Below, piece after piece: positions 24,640 through 36,579 of a DNA stretch of 64,000 nt. This DNA is from Octopus sinensis (Eukaryota): assembly GCF_006345805.1 (NCBI RefSeq), contig NC_043010.1, forward strand, positions 67,270,001-67,334,000. Reading direction: 5' to 3'. Numbering within the stretch: position 1 is the first letter of the stretch; every line of letters begins with the position of its first letter. A model generated the notes under the pieces. The model searched no databases, was not told where the DNA came from, and saw nothing but the letters and a program-made list of their open reading frames with translations. Position numbers and translations under genes: made by a program.

Positions 24640-24925
24640 TTGGGAACTGGAAAAGATTCTCGGATTCTTGGATGACGGTTTCATAAGTTTTGGAACAAAA
24701 GTCAGGAGAAGCTCACAAGATTCCTTAAATTAACAAACAGCATTCGTGAATCAATCCAACTCGTTATGGAAATGAAGGAAAAGAAACTCGCTTTCTGGAA
24801 TATTCTAATGATTACAGAAAATGAGAGAGTAATAAAGAATGCTTACTGCAAGGACACAGGCACACACCAATATTTAGATTTTTTTAGATCTTTCTACCCT
24901 TCCCATACAAAAAGAGAATATGTCA
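24640..24925 (+). mobile_element. Decayed Penelope-like reverse transcriptase fragment
   Basis: FLDDGFI..WNKSQEKLTRFLKLTNSIRESIQLVMEMKEKKLAFWNILM...YCKDTGTHQYLDF..S.YPSHTKR, matching the PLE RT catalytic and thumb region. Confidence 0.65.
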
Positions 24926-24929
24926 TTCG

Positions 24930-25012
24930 ATATGCCCACGGGCATATGGCGTAGTGGTTAAGAGTGTGGGCTACTAACCCCATGATTCTGAGTTTGATTC
25001 CCGGCAGTGAAT
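24930..25012 (+). mobile_element. tRNA-like Pol III head preceded by an 18-nt palindrome
   Basis: atatgccc-ac-gggcatat (24930-24947), A-box tggcgtagtgg (24947-24957), B-box-like gagtttgattcc (24990-25001), then aataat; same family as 1372-1435. Confidence 0.7.
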
Positions 25013-25019
25013 AATAAGG

Positions 25020-25044
25020 ATGATGATGATGATGATTGTGATGG

Positions 25045-25091
<47 letters not shown>

Positions 25092-25164
25092 GTGATGATG
25101 ATTGTGATGATGATTGTGATGATGATGATTGTGATGATGATGATGATTGTGATTGTGATGGCAG

Positions 25165-25198
<34 letters not shown>

Positions 25199-25426
25199 AG
25201 CAACAAAAAATGTAATGCGGGTGATGACTATGATTATAATGATGATGACGACAACAACAATAACAACAACAACGATGATGATAAGCAGTAAAAGGACGGA
25301 TGAGAAGGAAAGTGATGATGATGACAACAACAATGATGACAATGATGACAATGATGATGATGATAATGCTTCCATGATTTTTGATGATGATAACAAGTGA
25401 TGGTGATAGTAAAAATAATAATAATA

Positions 25427-25473
<47 letters not shown>

Positions 25474-25579
25474 AATGATAATGCTTCCATGATTTTTGAT
25501 CATGATGCAAGTGATGTTGATAGTAAAAATAATAATAATAATGATGATGATGATGATGATGTTGACAATGATAATGATA

Positions 25580-25610
<31 letters not shown>

Positions 25611-25624
25611 CAATGATAATGATA

Positions 25625-25658
<34 letters not shown>

Positions 25659-25706
25659 CAATGATGATGATGATGATGATGATATGATGATGATGATGAT
25701 GATGAC

Positions 25707-25737
<31 letters not shown>

Positions 25738-25815
25738 CAATGATGATGATGATGATGATGACAATGATAATGATAATGATGATGATGATGATGATGATGA
25801 TGGTGGTGGTGATGA
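25020..25815. repeat. (GAT/AAT)n low-complexity array
   Basis: Direct inspection; includes a ~115-bp tandem duplication (aatgcttccatgatttttgat at ~25365 and ~25480). Confidence 0.9.
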
Positions 25816-26099
25816 TAATAACGATAATGGCATTGCTGACGAAATACCATCATCATTCCGTCTGATCACATGCATTAGTTTAATGTGTGCTGCGTTGGAG
25901 AAAAAGGCCACAGTCCAGACACACGGACACACGGACACACAGACACACGGCGTCTCCTGCCAAATAGACATGTATTCATGGGGCTGGTGACTTACAACTG
26001 TTGCATCTGGTCGATGTTGATGCAATTTCATTGCACAGCTGCTGCTGCTGCTGCTGCTGCTACTTGCATTACTTGTGAATTGTGTGGTTGGAACAGACA

Positions 26100-26128
26100 G
26101 ACAAATGCAGACTGACAGACAGACAGGG

Positions 26129-26163
<35 letters not shown>

Positions 26164-26328
26164 TATGAAGGTATGAAGGTATGAAGACAAGCAAGCAGGT
26201 AGGTATGTAGATAGGTAGGTAGATAGGTAGGTAGGTAGGTAGATAGGTAGGTAGGTAGGTTGGTATATAAGTATGTAGGTAGTTAGAGACAAAGAAGTAG
26301 ATAGAAAGACAGAAAGAAAGAAAGATGA

Positions 26329-26393
<65 letters not shown>

Positions 26394-26590
26394 CAGATAG
26401 ATAGATAGATAGATAGATAGACAGATAGATAGAGAGATAGATAGATAGATAGACAGATAGATAGAGAGATAGATGGATGGACAAAGAGAGAGAGAGAGAT
26501 AACTAGATGGAGATAGAGAGTGAGATATATATATATATATATTATAGATATATATACATATATATATATACATATATATATATAATAGAG

Positions 26591-26632
<42 letters not shown>

Positions 26633-26640
26633 GATGGATG

Positions 26641-26706
<66 letters not shown>

Positions 26707-27411
26707 CGCATACATACATACATACATACACAGACAGCCGGATGGATAGATAGATAGATGGATGGATTGATTGATTGGTGGTTAGATAGATAGATATAAA
26801 AATAGATAGAGAGAAAGAGAGAGAGAGATACTGATAGATAGAGAGAGAGAAAGGAAAGGGAGAGAGGGAAAGAGGGAGATAGACAGACGGACAGACAGAC
26901 TGATGAATGGACAAACATGCAGACAGATAGACAGGAAGGTAAGTAGACAGGGAAGATCTTAGATAGACAGGCAGACAGAGAGACAGGTACATAGGTTGGC
27001 AGGCAAGCAGGCAGTCAGGCAGCAGGCAGGCAGATAAATAAATAAATAGTCACATGCTAAGAGACATACAGACAGACATATAGACTGAGAGGTAAGCACA
27101 GAAAGAGAGAGAGAGAGAAGAGAGAGAGAGGGGTGAGAGGGTTGCAGAAAGAGGAAAAAATGTAGGCATATAGACCAATGGATAGACGTGCGGACAAGGA
27201 GACAGACAAATAGACGGATGGAGGAGCTGTTAGGCAAACAGGTAGGCTGAGTGTCAGTCAGGCAGAGATACGGATGCGGAGGAGAGCAAGCCGGAGCTGA
27301 TTAGAGATGAGGGACTGGTCATGTGTGATGTGGGCAAGACATGAGATGTGTAGGGAGTGAGGGGGAGGAGAGAGATAAGGGGAGAGGGAGAGAGAGAGAG
27401 AGAGAGAGAAG

Positions 27412-27442
<31 letters not shown>

Positions 27443-27488
27443 GGAAGTAGATGTATATAGGTACACAAACAAACAAATAAATAGATTG

Positions 27489-27530
<42 letters not shown>

Positions 27531-27825
27531 GTAGGTAGGTAGGTAGGTAGGTAGGTAGGTAGGGAATAGATAGATAGATAGAGAGAGAGAGATAGAGGTA
27601 GGTAGTTAGGTAGGAGGTGGTAGTAGGTAGGTAGGTAGGTAGGTAGAGATATAGATAGATAGAGAGAGAGGAGAGAGAGAGAGAGGTAGTGAGGTAGGTA
27701 GGTGGTAGGTAGGTAGGTAGGTGAGGTAGATAGATAGATAGATAGATGATCGATAGATAGAAGATAGATAATAGATAGATAGATAGATAGATAGGTAGAT
27801 AGATAGATATTGATAGACTGATAGA
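26100..27825. repeat. Composite (GATA)n/(GGTA)n/(GA)n/(GGCA)n array
   Basis: Direct inspection. Confidence 0.9.
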
Positions 27826-27970
27826 TTTCTTTATTGGCCACACAGGGCTATACATAGAAGGGACAAAATACAATGTAGAGCTTTTCTTTTTGGGAAGAAA
27901 AGAAGGGGAAAAAAGGGGAGGACGAATTCCGATGAAAGGGGATCGTTGAAAAAAAGAAAAAAAGGGGGCA
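27826..27970 (-). mobile_element. Tx1-like LINE 3' UTR fragment in (GATA)n (copy 2)
   Basis: tttctttattggccacacagggct...; GATA/GACA repeats on both sides. Confidence 0.7.
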
Positions 27971-28070
27971 AGATAGACAGATAGACAGACAGACAGACAG
28001 ACAGATAGATAAATAGATAGATAGGTAGATAGATAGATGGATTGATAGATAGATAGATAGATAGATAGAT

Positions 28071-28235
28071 ATGTTTCTTTATTAGCCACATAGGGCTGCA
28101 CACAGATAGAACAAATTACAAGGTAGAGCTTTTCTTTTGAAGGTATTAAAAAAAAAAAAAAAAAAAAAAAAAAGAAGGGGAGGTTCGATCAAAAGGGATC
28201 GTAAAAGGAGAGAAAGAGGACAAAAATAAGGGGGG

Positions 28236-28266
<31 letters not shown>

Positions 28267-28930
28267 AGAGGAAAAAAAAATGATCAATAGGGATCGTTAT
28301 CACAGAAATGTCAATATGAAGTGTAAGGGGAGGAAGAAGGATTTAGGTTTACCCGTGGAAAGAAAAGCCTGCGGAAAAGACACGGTAACCTCGGTCAATG
28401 AAGTCACATTTTATATTTCTTTTTTTTTTTTTTTTTTATTTTTGCAAATAAGCAACTCTCTGTTTTCGATTTGGGGTTCATAGGACTATGCTCAAGGTGG
28501 CTTCGTCATTCATAACGTGCCATTTTGCTACATCACCCATCTTTTTTTAAAACATTCGCTAGACAAAACTTGCCTCTCTACTCTCACTTTCCTTTTCAAG
28601 TGGTACTTGAAGAAGTTGATGAGAGATTGACCAGAGAGGAAAGTGTTTGTCTCCAATCCTTTCAGACGCGTCCACCAGATACATTCTTTCGCCATAGCCA
28701 CAAGGATGATGAAAATAGCTCTTCCTTCCCGTTTGAAGGAAGGAGGCGTGACAATATTGACGATAGACTCAGCTGATAAACCGACTCGTCCCACACGTGA
28801 CAGCAGTTGTTCGACATAAGCCCACAGGTCGGAAATTGTTGGACACTGAACGAGTGCGTGCAGAACGGTTTCGTCGCTCTGACCGCATCTCGGGCAGGTC
28901 GGCCCCGTGTTTCTCGAGCCGTGTCTGTAG

Positions 28931-28931
<1 letters not shown>
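28071..28931 (-). mobile_element. Tx1/L1-clade LINE 3' end in (GATA)n (copy 3)
   Basis: [18 protein letters not shown]...ECIWWTRLK...HLKRKVRVER, a zf-RVT-type ORF2 C-terminus; 3' end aataaagaaacat joined to (ATCT)n; 5' truncation also in GATA. Confidence 0.85.
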
Positions 28932-29008
<77 letters not shown>

Positions 29009-29009
29009 G

Positions 29010-29052
<43 letters not shown>

Positions 29053-29150
29053 GTAGATAGGTAGATAGATAGATAGATAGATAGATAGGTAGATAGATAG
29101 ATAGGTAGATAGGTAGATAGGTAGATAGATAGATAGATAGATAGATAGAC

Positions 29151-29204
<54 letters not shown>

Positions 29205-29292
29205 GTAGATAGATAGATAGATAGATAGATAGGTAGATAGGTAGATAGGTAGATAGATAGATGATAGATAGATAGATAGATAGGTAGATAGG

Positions 29293-29329
<37 letters not shown>

Positions 29330-29334
29330 GGATT

Positions 29335-29374
<40 letters not shown>

Positions 29375-29382
29375 TATATGAT
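28932..29382. repeat. (GATA)n array
   Basis: Direct inspection. Confidence 0.95.
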
Positions 29383-30128
29383 ATGTTTATTATTAGCCAC
29401 ACCGGGCTGCACACAGATAGAACAAATTACAAGGTAGAGCTTTTCTTTTGAAGGTTTAAAAAAAAAAAAAATAATAATAATAATAATAATAATAAAATAA
29501 AAAATAAAATATATAAAAAAAGGGGGGTCGATCAAAAGGATCGTAAAAGGAGAGAAGGAGGACAAAAAAAGGGGAGGTTAAAAAAAAAAGGGGGAGAGGA
29601 AAAAAAATTGATCAATAGGGATCGTTTCACAGAAATGTCAATATGAAGTGTAAAGGGGAGGACAGGTGAGGTTTACCCGTGGAAAGAAAAGCCTACGGAA
29701 AAGACCACGGTAACCTCGGTCAATGAAGTCACATGTTATATTTCTTTTTTTTTTTTTTTTTTGCAAATAAGCAACTCTCTGTATTTATTTTTACGGTTCA
29801 TAGAATCATAGTCAAGGTGCTTCGTCATTCATACGTGCCATCCTGCTACATTCACCACATCTTTTTTTAAAACATTCACTAGACAAAACTTGCCTCTCTA
29901 CCTCACTTTCCTTTTCAAGTGATACTTGAAGAAGTTGATGTGTATCACTTGAAGAAAAAAGTGAGAGTAGAGAGGCAAGTTTTGTCTAGTGAATGTTTTT
30001 AAAAAAAGATGGGTGAATGTAGCAAGGATGGCACGTATGAATGACGAAGCCACCTTGACTATGATTCTATGAACGTAAAAATTAATACAGAGTTGCTTAT
30101 TTGCAAAAAAAAAAAAAAAAAAAAAAAA
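29383..30128 (-). mobile_element. Tx1-like LINE 3' end with fold-back inverted duplication (copy 4)
   Basis: ~29741-29925 is the reverse complement of 29942-30128, separated by a 16-nt spacer. Confidence 0.8.
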
Positions 30129-30129
30129 G

Positions 30130-30160
<31 letters not shown>

Positions 30161-30186
30161 GTAGATAGGTAGATAGATAGATAGAT

Positions 30187-31401
30187 ATGTTTCTTTATTA
30201 GCAACACAGGGCTGCACCACAGATAGAACAAATTACAAGGTAGAGCTTTTCTTTTGAAGGTTTTAAAAAATTAAAAAAAAAAAAAAGGAAGGGGGAGTTT
30301 CGATCAAAAGGGATCGTAAAAGGAGAGAAAGAGGACACAAAAAAAGGGGGGTTAAAAAAAAAAGGGGGAGAGGAAAAAAAAAATTGATAATAGGGATCGT
30401 TATCACAGAAATGTCAATATGAAGTGTAAAGGGGAGGACAGGTGAGGTTTACCCGTGGAAAGAAAAGCCTACGGAAAAACCACGGTAACCTCGGTCAATG
30501 AAGTCACATTTTATATTTCTTTTTTTTTTTTTTTTTTGCAAATAAGCAACTCTCTGTTTTCGATTTCTGGGTTCATAGGACTATTTCTCAAGGTGGCGTC
30601 GTCATTCATACGTGCCATTCTTGCTACATTCACCCATCTTTTTTTTTTAAAACATTCGCTAGACAAAACTTGCCTCTCTACTCTCACTTTCCTTTTCAAG
30701 TGGTACTTGAAGAAGTTGATGAGAGATTGACCAGAGGAAAGTGTTTGTCTCCATCCTTTCAGACGCGTCCACCAGATACATTCTTTCACCATAGCCACAA
30801 GGATGATGAAAATAGCTCTCCTTCCCGTTTGAAGGAAGGAGGTGTGACAATATTGACGATAGACTCACTGATAAACCGACTCGCCCACATGTGACAGCAG
30901 TTGTTCGATATAAGCCCACAGGTCGGAAATTGTTGGACACTGAACGAGTGCGTGCAGAACGGTTTCGTCGCTCTGACCGCATCTCGGGCAGGTCGGCCCC
31001 GTGTTTCTCGAGCCGTGTCTGTAGAGCTTATCCCGAACGGGTAGCGCTTCTCGGTAGCACTGCCAGGCCAGGGATCTCTGGAAGTTGTCCATGGGCCCTG
31101 GCCCGAAAGTCGTCCTGAACAGGCGGGTCAGGTACTCCCTCGTCGACGTCCAGGTTCGCCCCGAGCTCGTCGTCGTACCTCCCCTCCACTAAACCCCTAT
31201 AGAATGCTTTGTTGTGTGAAGTCACTTAGGTCGACCCAGGCCGGCAGAGTTGCTTGAGAGCAACGCGACACTCGCGGTGCCATTCGCCCTTCCTCGGCCT
31301 CTTTTTGATCCACGACTGCAGTTCGGTCATGGAGACGAGCTGCGGGAAAGCGTGCCTCACAAACGGCGACCACACCTGTTCACCGTCGTCTACATAGAGC
31401 C
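30187..31401 (-). mobile_element. Tx1/L1-clade LINE 3' end in (GATA)n, longest copy (copy 5)
   Basis: [51 protein letters not shown]; frameshifted; both junctions in GATA. Confidence 0.85.
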
Positions 31402-31441
<40 letters not shown>

Positions 31442-31468
31442 TGATAGATAGATAGATAGGTAGATAGG

Positions 31469-31557
<89 letters not shown>

Positions 31558-31560
31558 GGA
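31402..31560. repeat. (GATA)n array
   Basis: Direct inspection. Confidence 0.95.
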
Positions 31561-31855
31561 TTCAGAGATGAGAGAGAAAAGAAAAAGAAGTCACAAGCCA
31601 GACAGCTTGATGAGGATAAAGTAATAGAGCAGAGAAAGAGAGATGGGGGGGGCAGAGGGAGGGAGAGTGAATGGAGAGTAAGAGAATGAAGGTGTAATAG
31701 AGAGCAAGCTGAGAATCACCCAAAGTCAAAAAGAGTAAGAACAGTACACACAACACAACACACACACGTGTGTGTATATGTGCATATTTGTATATATATA
31801 TATACCAATATATATATATACCATATAATATATATAGATATATATATTATATATA

Positions 31856-31893
<38 letters not shown>

Positions 31894-32359
31894 ATATATA
31901 TACCAATACATCAGCTGACAACATTTCTGGTTGTATTGCTATTAATTCAACCAGTTTCCAGAAGCACAATTTGTGCGTGTGTTTGTCTCTGTGTGTGTCT
32001 CACATCATATGCATGCATATGTGTGTGTATATATATTATATATATATATATATATTATATATAGATGTAGATGCACACACACACACACCACACGTGTTTA
32101 ATGTATGAGTATTTTTCAAAATATAGCTGCAAGCCAACAGCCTGGAACAAATAAAATGCTGTATAGATGTCTTGATAGTTTTTTGATTCGTTAGTCTCCA
32201 TATATTATATTAAGTTAGATGGCTCGAAAGCTTGTTTGTGGAGCACTCTAGCAGATTCCGGCTTCAAGACATATCCTGGTGTATTTTAAGAAAAATAATT
32301 ATGTTGTTATGTGCAGAATATATATATATATATACCAATATATATATTATATATATAGC

Positions 32360-32398
<39 letters not shown>

Positions 32399-32538
32399 CA
32401 GTATATACATATATACATATATATATTATTATATATTATAATATATATTATATATAATATATATATACATATATAATATAAATATATATATATATAATTA
32501 TATATATATAATATATATATATATATGTATATATATAC

Positions 32539-32573
<35 letters not shown>

Positions 32574-32721
32574 CCGATATATATAATATACATATATATA
32601 TATACAAAGAGCAATAAAGATTCAAGTTAATTAAAAAAATTTACTTGAATATGGTACCTAACTTAGATGCACCAAAAAAAAACTATACTTATTTAACAAT
32701 ACAGTAATGTGGGGTGATTAA

Positions 32722-33160
32722 GCGAGAAAGAAGCAACAAGAATGGATAGGTTTTTAGTACGATCGTTTCATACAAGGACAGGTTTTATTAAAAGTTGCAA
32801 AGATTACAGCATATAAACGAGTCCCGTACTCATCAGCTAAAATACATGTAAGTTCTCTAGACATCCTAGTGTTTGAGGCTATACTCATGAAGTAATGTAG
32901 ATAATAAAAGATTTCTAAAGTTCATTAAAGTTCTTTAAAGAATCTTTAAAGAACTTTAATGAACTTTAGAAATCTGTTTAATTATCTACATTACTTCATG
33001 AGTATAGCCTCAAACACTAGGATGTCTAGAGAACTTACATGTATTTTAGCTGATGTGTACGGGACTCGTTTATATGCTGTAATCTTTGCAACTTTTAATA
33101 AAACCTGTCCTTGTATAAACGATCGTACTAAAAACCTATCCATTCTTGTTGCTTCTTTCT

Positions 33161-33163
<3 letters not shown>
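32722..33163. repeat. ~440-bp near-perfect palindrome (fold-back element), copy 1
   Basis: Arms 32722-32940 and 32944-33163, loop aat. Confidence 0.9.
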
Positions 33164-33216
<53 letters not shown>

Positions 33217-33864
33217 ATATATATTATATATATATATACATATATATACATATATATATATACACACATATATATTTACATACAGATATATAAACATGCA
33301 TATATACATATATATATATATATACATACACATACATATATACAAATATATTTATATATATACATGCATACACACATAACATACATTCATATATATGTAT
33401 GTATATTATATATGTTTGTATGTATGTATGTATATATAAATATCTATGTGTGTAAATGTATGTATGTATGTATGTGTGTATATATATATATAATATATAT
33501 AATATATATATATATGTATATGCCACACACACACACGCACACGTGTGTATGTATATAGTATTTCAAAATATAGATGCAGCCAACAGGCTGGAACAAATAA
33601 AATGCTGTATGATTGTCTTTGAATAGTTTTTTGATTCAGTTAGTCTCCATTATTATATTAAGTTAGATGGCTCGAAAGCTTGTTGTGGGAGCACTCTAGC
33701 AGATTCCGGCTTCAAGACATATCCTGGTGATTTTAAGAAAAAAAAATTATGTGGGTATGTCTGCATGAATATATATATATATATACCAATATATTATATA
33801 TATATATATCAAATATATATTATATAATATATATTACTAGATATATATATACATATATACATCA

Positions 33865-33897
<33 letters not shown>

Positions 33898-33937
33898 ATA
33901 TATATTATTATATATACATAATATATTAATATATATA

Positions 33938-33976
<39 letters not shown>

Positions 33977-34002
33977 ATATAACTATATATATTATACATA
34001 TA

Positions 34003-34036
<34 letters not shown>

Positions 34037-34170
34037 CCATATATATATATACCAAAGAGCAATAAAGATTCAAGTTAATTTAAAAAAATTACTTGAATAT
34101 GGTACCTAACTTAGATGCACCACAAAAAAACTTACTGATTTAACAATACAGTAATGTGGGGTGATTATAA

Positions 34171-34608
34171 GCGAGAAAGAGCAACAAGAAGGAAGTAGGT
34201 TTGTACGATCGTTTCATACAAGGACAGGTTTTATTAAAAGTTGCAAAGATTACAGCATATAAACGAGTCCCGTACTCATCAGCTAAAATACATGTAAGTT
34301 CTCTAGACATCCTAGTGTTGAGGCTATACTCATGAAGTAATGTAGATAATTAAACAGATTTCTAAAGTTCATTAAAGTTCTTTAAAGAATCTTTAAAGAA
34401 CTTTAATGAACTTTAGAAATCTGTTAATTATCTACATTACTTCATGAGTATAGCCTCAAACACTAGGATGTCTAGAGAACTTACATGTATTTTAGCTGAT
34501 GTGGTACGGGACTCGTTATATGCTGTAATCTTTGCAACTTTTAATAAAACCTGTCCTTGTATGAAACGATCGTACTAAAAACCTATCCATTCTTGTTGCT
34601 TCTTTCTC

Positions 34609-34610
<2 letters not shown>
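34171..34610. repeat. ~440-bp near-perfect palindrome, copy 2
   Basis: Arms 34171-34387 and 34391-34610, loop aat. Confidence 0.9.
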
Positions 34611-34653
<43 letters not shown>

Positions 34654-34657
34654 TATA

Positions 34658-34691
<34 letters not shown>

Positions 34692-35597
34692 CTATAACAT
34701 ATAATATATATACACACACATATAATATTTACATACAGATATATAAAAATGCATATATACATATATATATATATATATTACATACAATACATATTACAAA
34801 ATATTATATTATATATACATGCATACACAACATAACATACATTCATATATATGTATGTATATTATATATGTGTATGTATGTATGTATATATAAATATCTA
34901 TGTGTGTAAAGTATGTATGTATGTATGTATGTGTGTTATATATATATATAATATATATATAATAATATATATATATATATATTATATATAATATATATAC
35001 ACACATGATGATGGTTATATATATATACATAACCATCATCATCATCATCATCTTTTAACTTCTGTCTAACATACTGGTATGGGACGGATCACATGGAAGA
35101 TGGATACTAAAAGATGATGATGATGGTGATTATGTATGTATGTATGTATGTATGTGTGTATGTATGTGATGAAATGAGGTTTGGAGAAAATATCCCAAGA
35201 ACTAAAGTCACAAAAGACACTGCTTCTCGATCAACCAATGGAACAGGATGTGACAACAGATGGAAACGTGACATCATTGTTAAGGCTGGCCAATGAGGTG
35301 CCGGATAATAGGTGGAGCGTCTGACTTTTTTGCACGTGAAGTTTATCATTCATTGATGTTCTAATGACTGTTCATTGATATTTGATGGGTGTCTTTACAT
35401 AATATATAATCTACACACAGACACACACACACACGCATCTATACAGCCATTCATACATACATACATACATACATACAGACACGCATACACATACATAAAT
35501 AAGTAACTAAACAGATTGGAAAGCCCACCAGGCAGCTAGTCAGCTGATGAGCACAAACATTATACACTCCTGTACTATATATATATATATATGTGTG

Positions 35598-35975
35598 TTG
35601 CCAGCCTCGGCTGGCCCCCGTGCCGGTGACACGTAAAAGCACCGTCCGTTCGTGGCCGTTTGCCAGCTCTGTCTGGCCCCGTGTCGGTGGCACGTAAAAG
35701 CACCATCCGTTCGTGTCCGTTGCCAGCATTGCCTGGCCCCGTGCCGGTGACACATAAAAGCACCATCCGTTCGTGGCCGTTTGCCAGCTCTGTCTCGCAC
35801 CAGTGCAGGTGGCACGTAAAAAACACCCACTACACTCGCGGAGTGGTTGGCGTTAGGAAGGGCATCCAGCTGTAGAAACACTGCCAGATCTGACTGGGCC
35901 TGACGAAGCCTTCCAGCTTCACAGACCCCAGTTGACCCGTCCAACCCATGCTAGCATGGAAAGCGGACGCTAAAT
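35598..35975 (+). mobile_element. RTE 3' UTR remnant with four ~60-bp modules
   Basis: ggtg(a/g)cac modules at 35625, 35686, 35746 and 35808. Confidence 0.85.
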
Positions 35976-36027
35976 GATGATGATGATGATGATGATGATA
36001 TATATATATATAATCATCATCATCATC

Positions 36028-36272
36028 ATCGTTTAATATCCGTTTTCCATGCTAGCATGGGTTGGACGATTTGACTGAGGACTGACAAACCAGATGGCTG
36101 CACCAGGCTCCAATCTTGATCTGGCAGAATTTCTACGGCTGGATGCCCTTCCTAACACCAACCACTCCGAGAGTGTAGTGGGTGCCTTTACGTGCCACCG
36201 GCTCAAGGGCCACTCAGGCGGTATTGGCAACAGCCATGCTCAAATGGTGTTTTTTACATGCCACCTGCACGT
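36028..36272 (-). mobile_element. RTE 3' UTR remnant, tail-to-tail with 35598-35975
   Basis: gtttaatatccgttttccatgctagcatgggttgg...ctggatgcccttcctaac. Confidence 0.8.
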
Positions 36273-36579
36273 TATATATACATACATACACATATATATA
36301 TATATATAAAACCTTGAACCATGTAGTTTGCTTCTCAACCACATGGTTCTGAGTTCAATCCCACTGCATGAAGCCTTGGGCTCCATGCAGTGGGGTTGAC
36401 CCCAGACCAAACAAAGCATTGTCAGTGGATCTGGTTGACAGAAACTGAAAGAGGACCATTAAAAAAATGGCCATTGGAAAGGTGATTACACTGGTGATAC
36501 TCCAGCATGGCCACAGCCTTTGAGCTGAAATGTTTAAAACAAAAGTATGTGTATGTATGTGTGTATATATATATATATA

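Larger units (their letters stand above)
32100..35010. repeat. ~1.45-kb tandem duplication rich in (TA)n
   Basis: agtattt(tt)caaaatatag...ggctcgaaagcttg...aagacatatcctgg at ~32105 and ~33557; copies differ mostly by small indels. Confidence 0.85.

Noticed and set aside
24940-25012. Functional tRNA gene
   Set aside because: The anticodon stem is only 3 bp, there is no 3' acceptor strand and the B-box is degenerate; treated as a SINE-like head.
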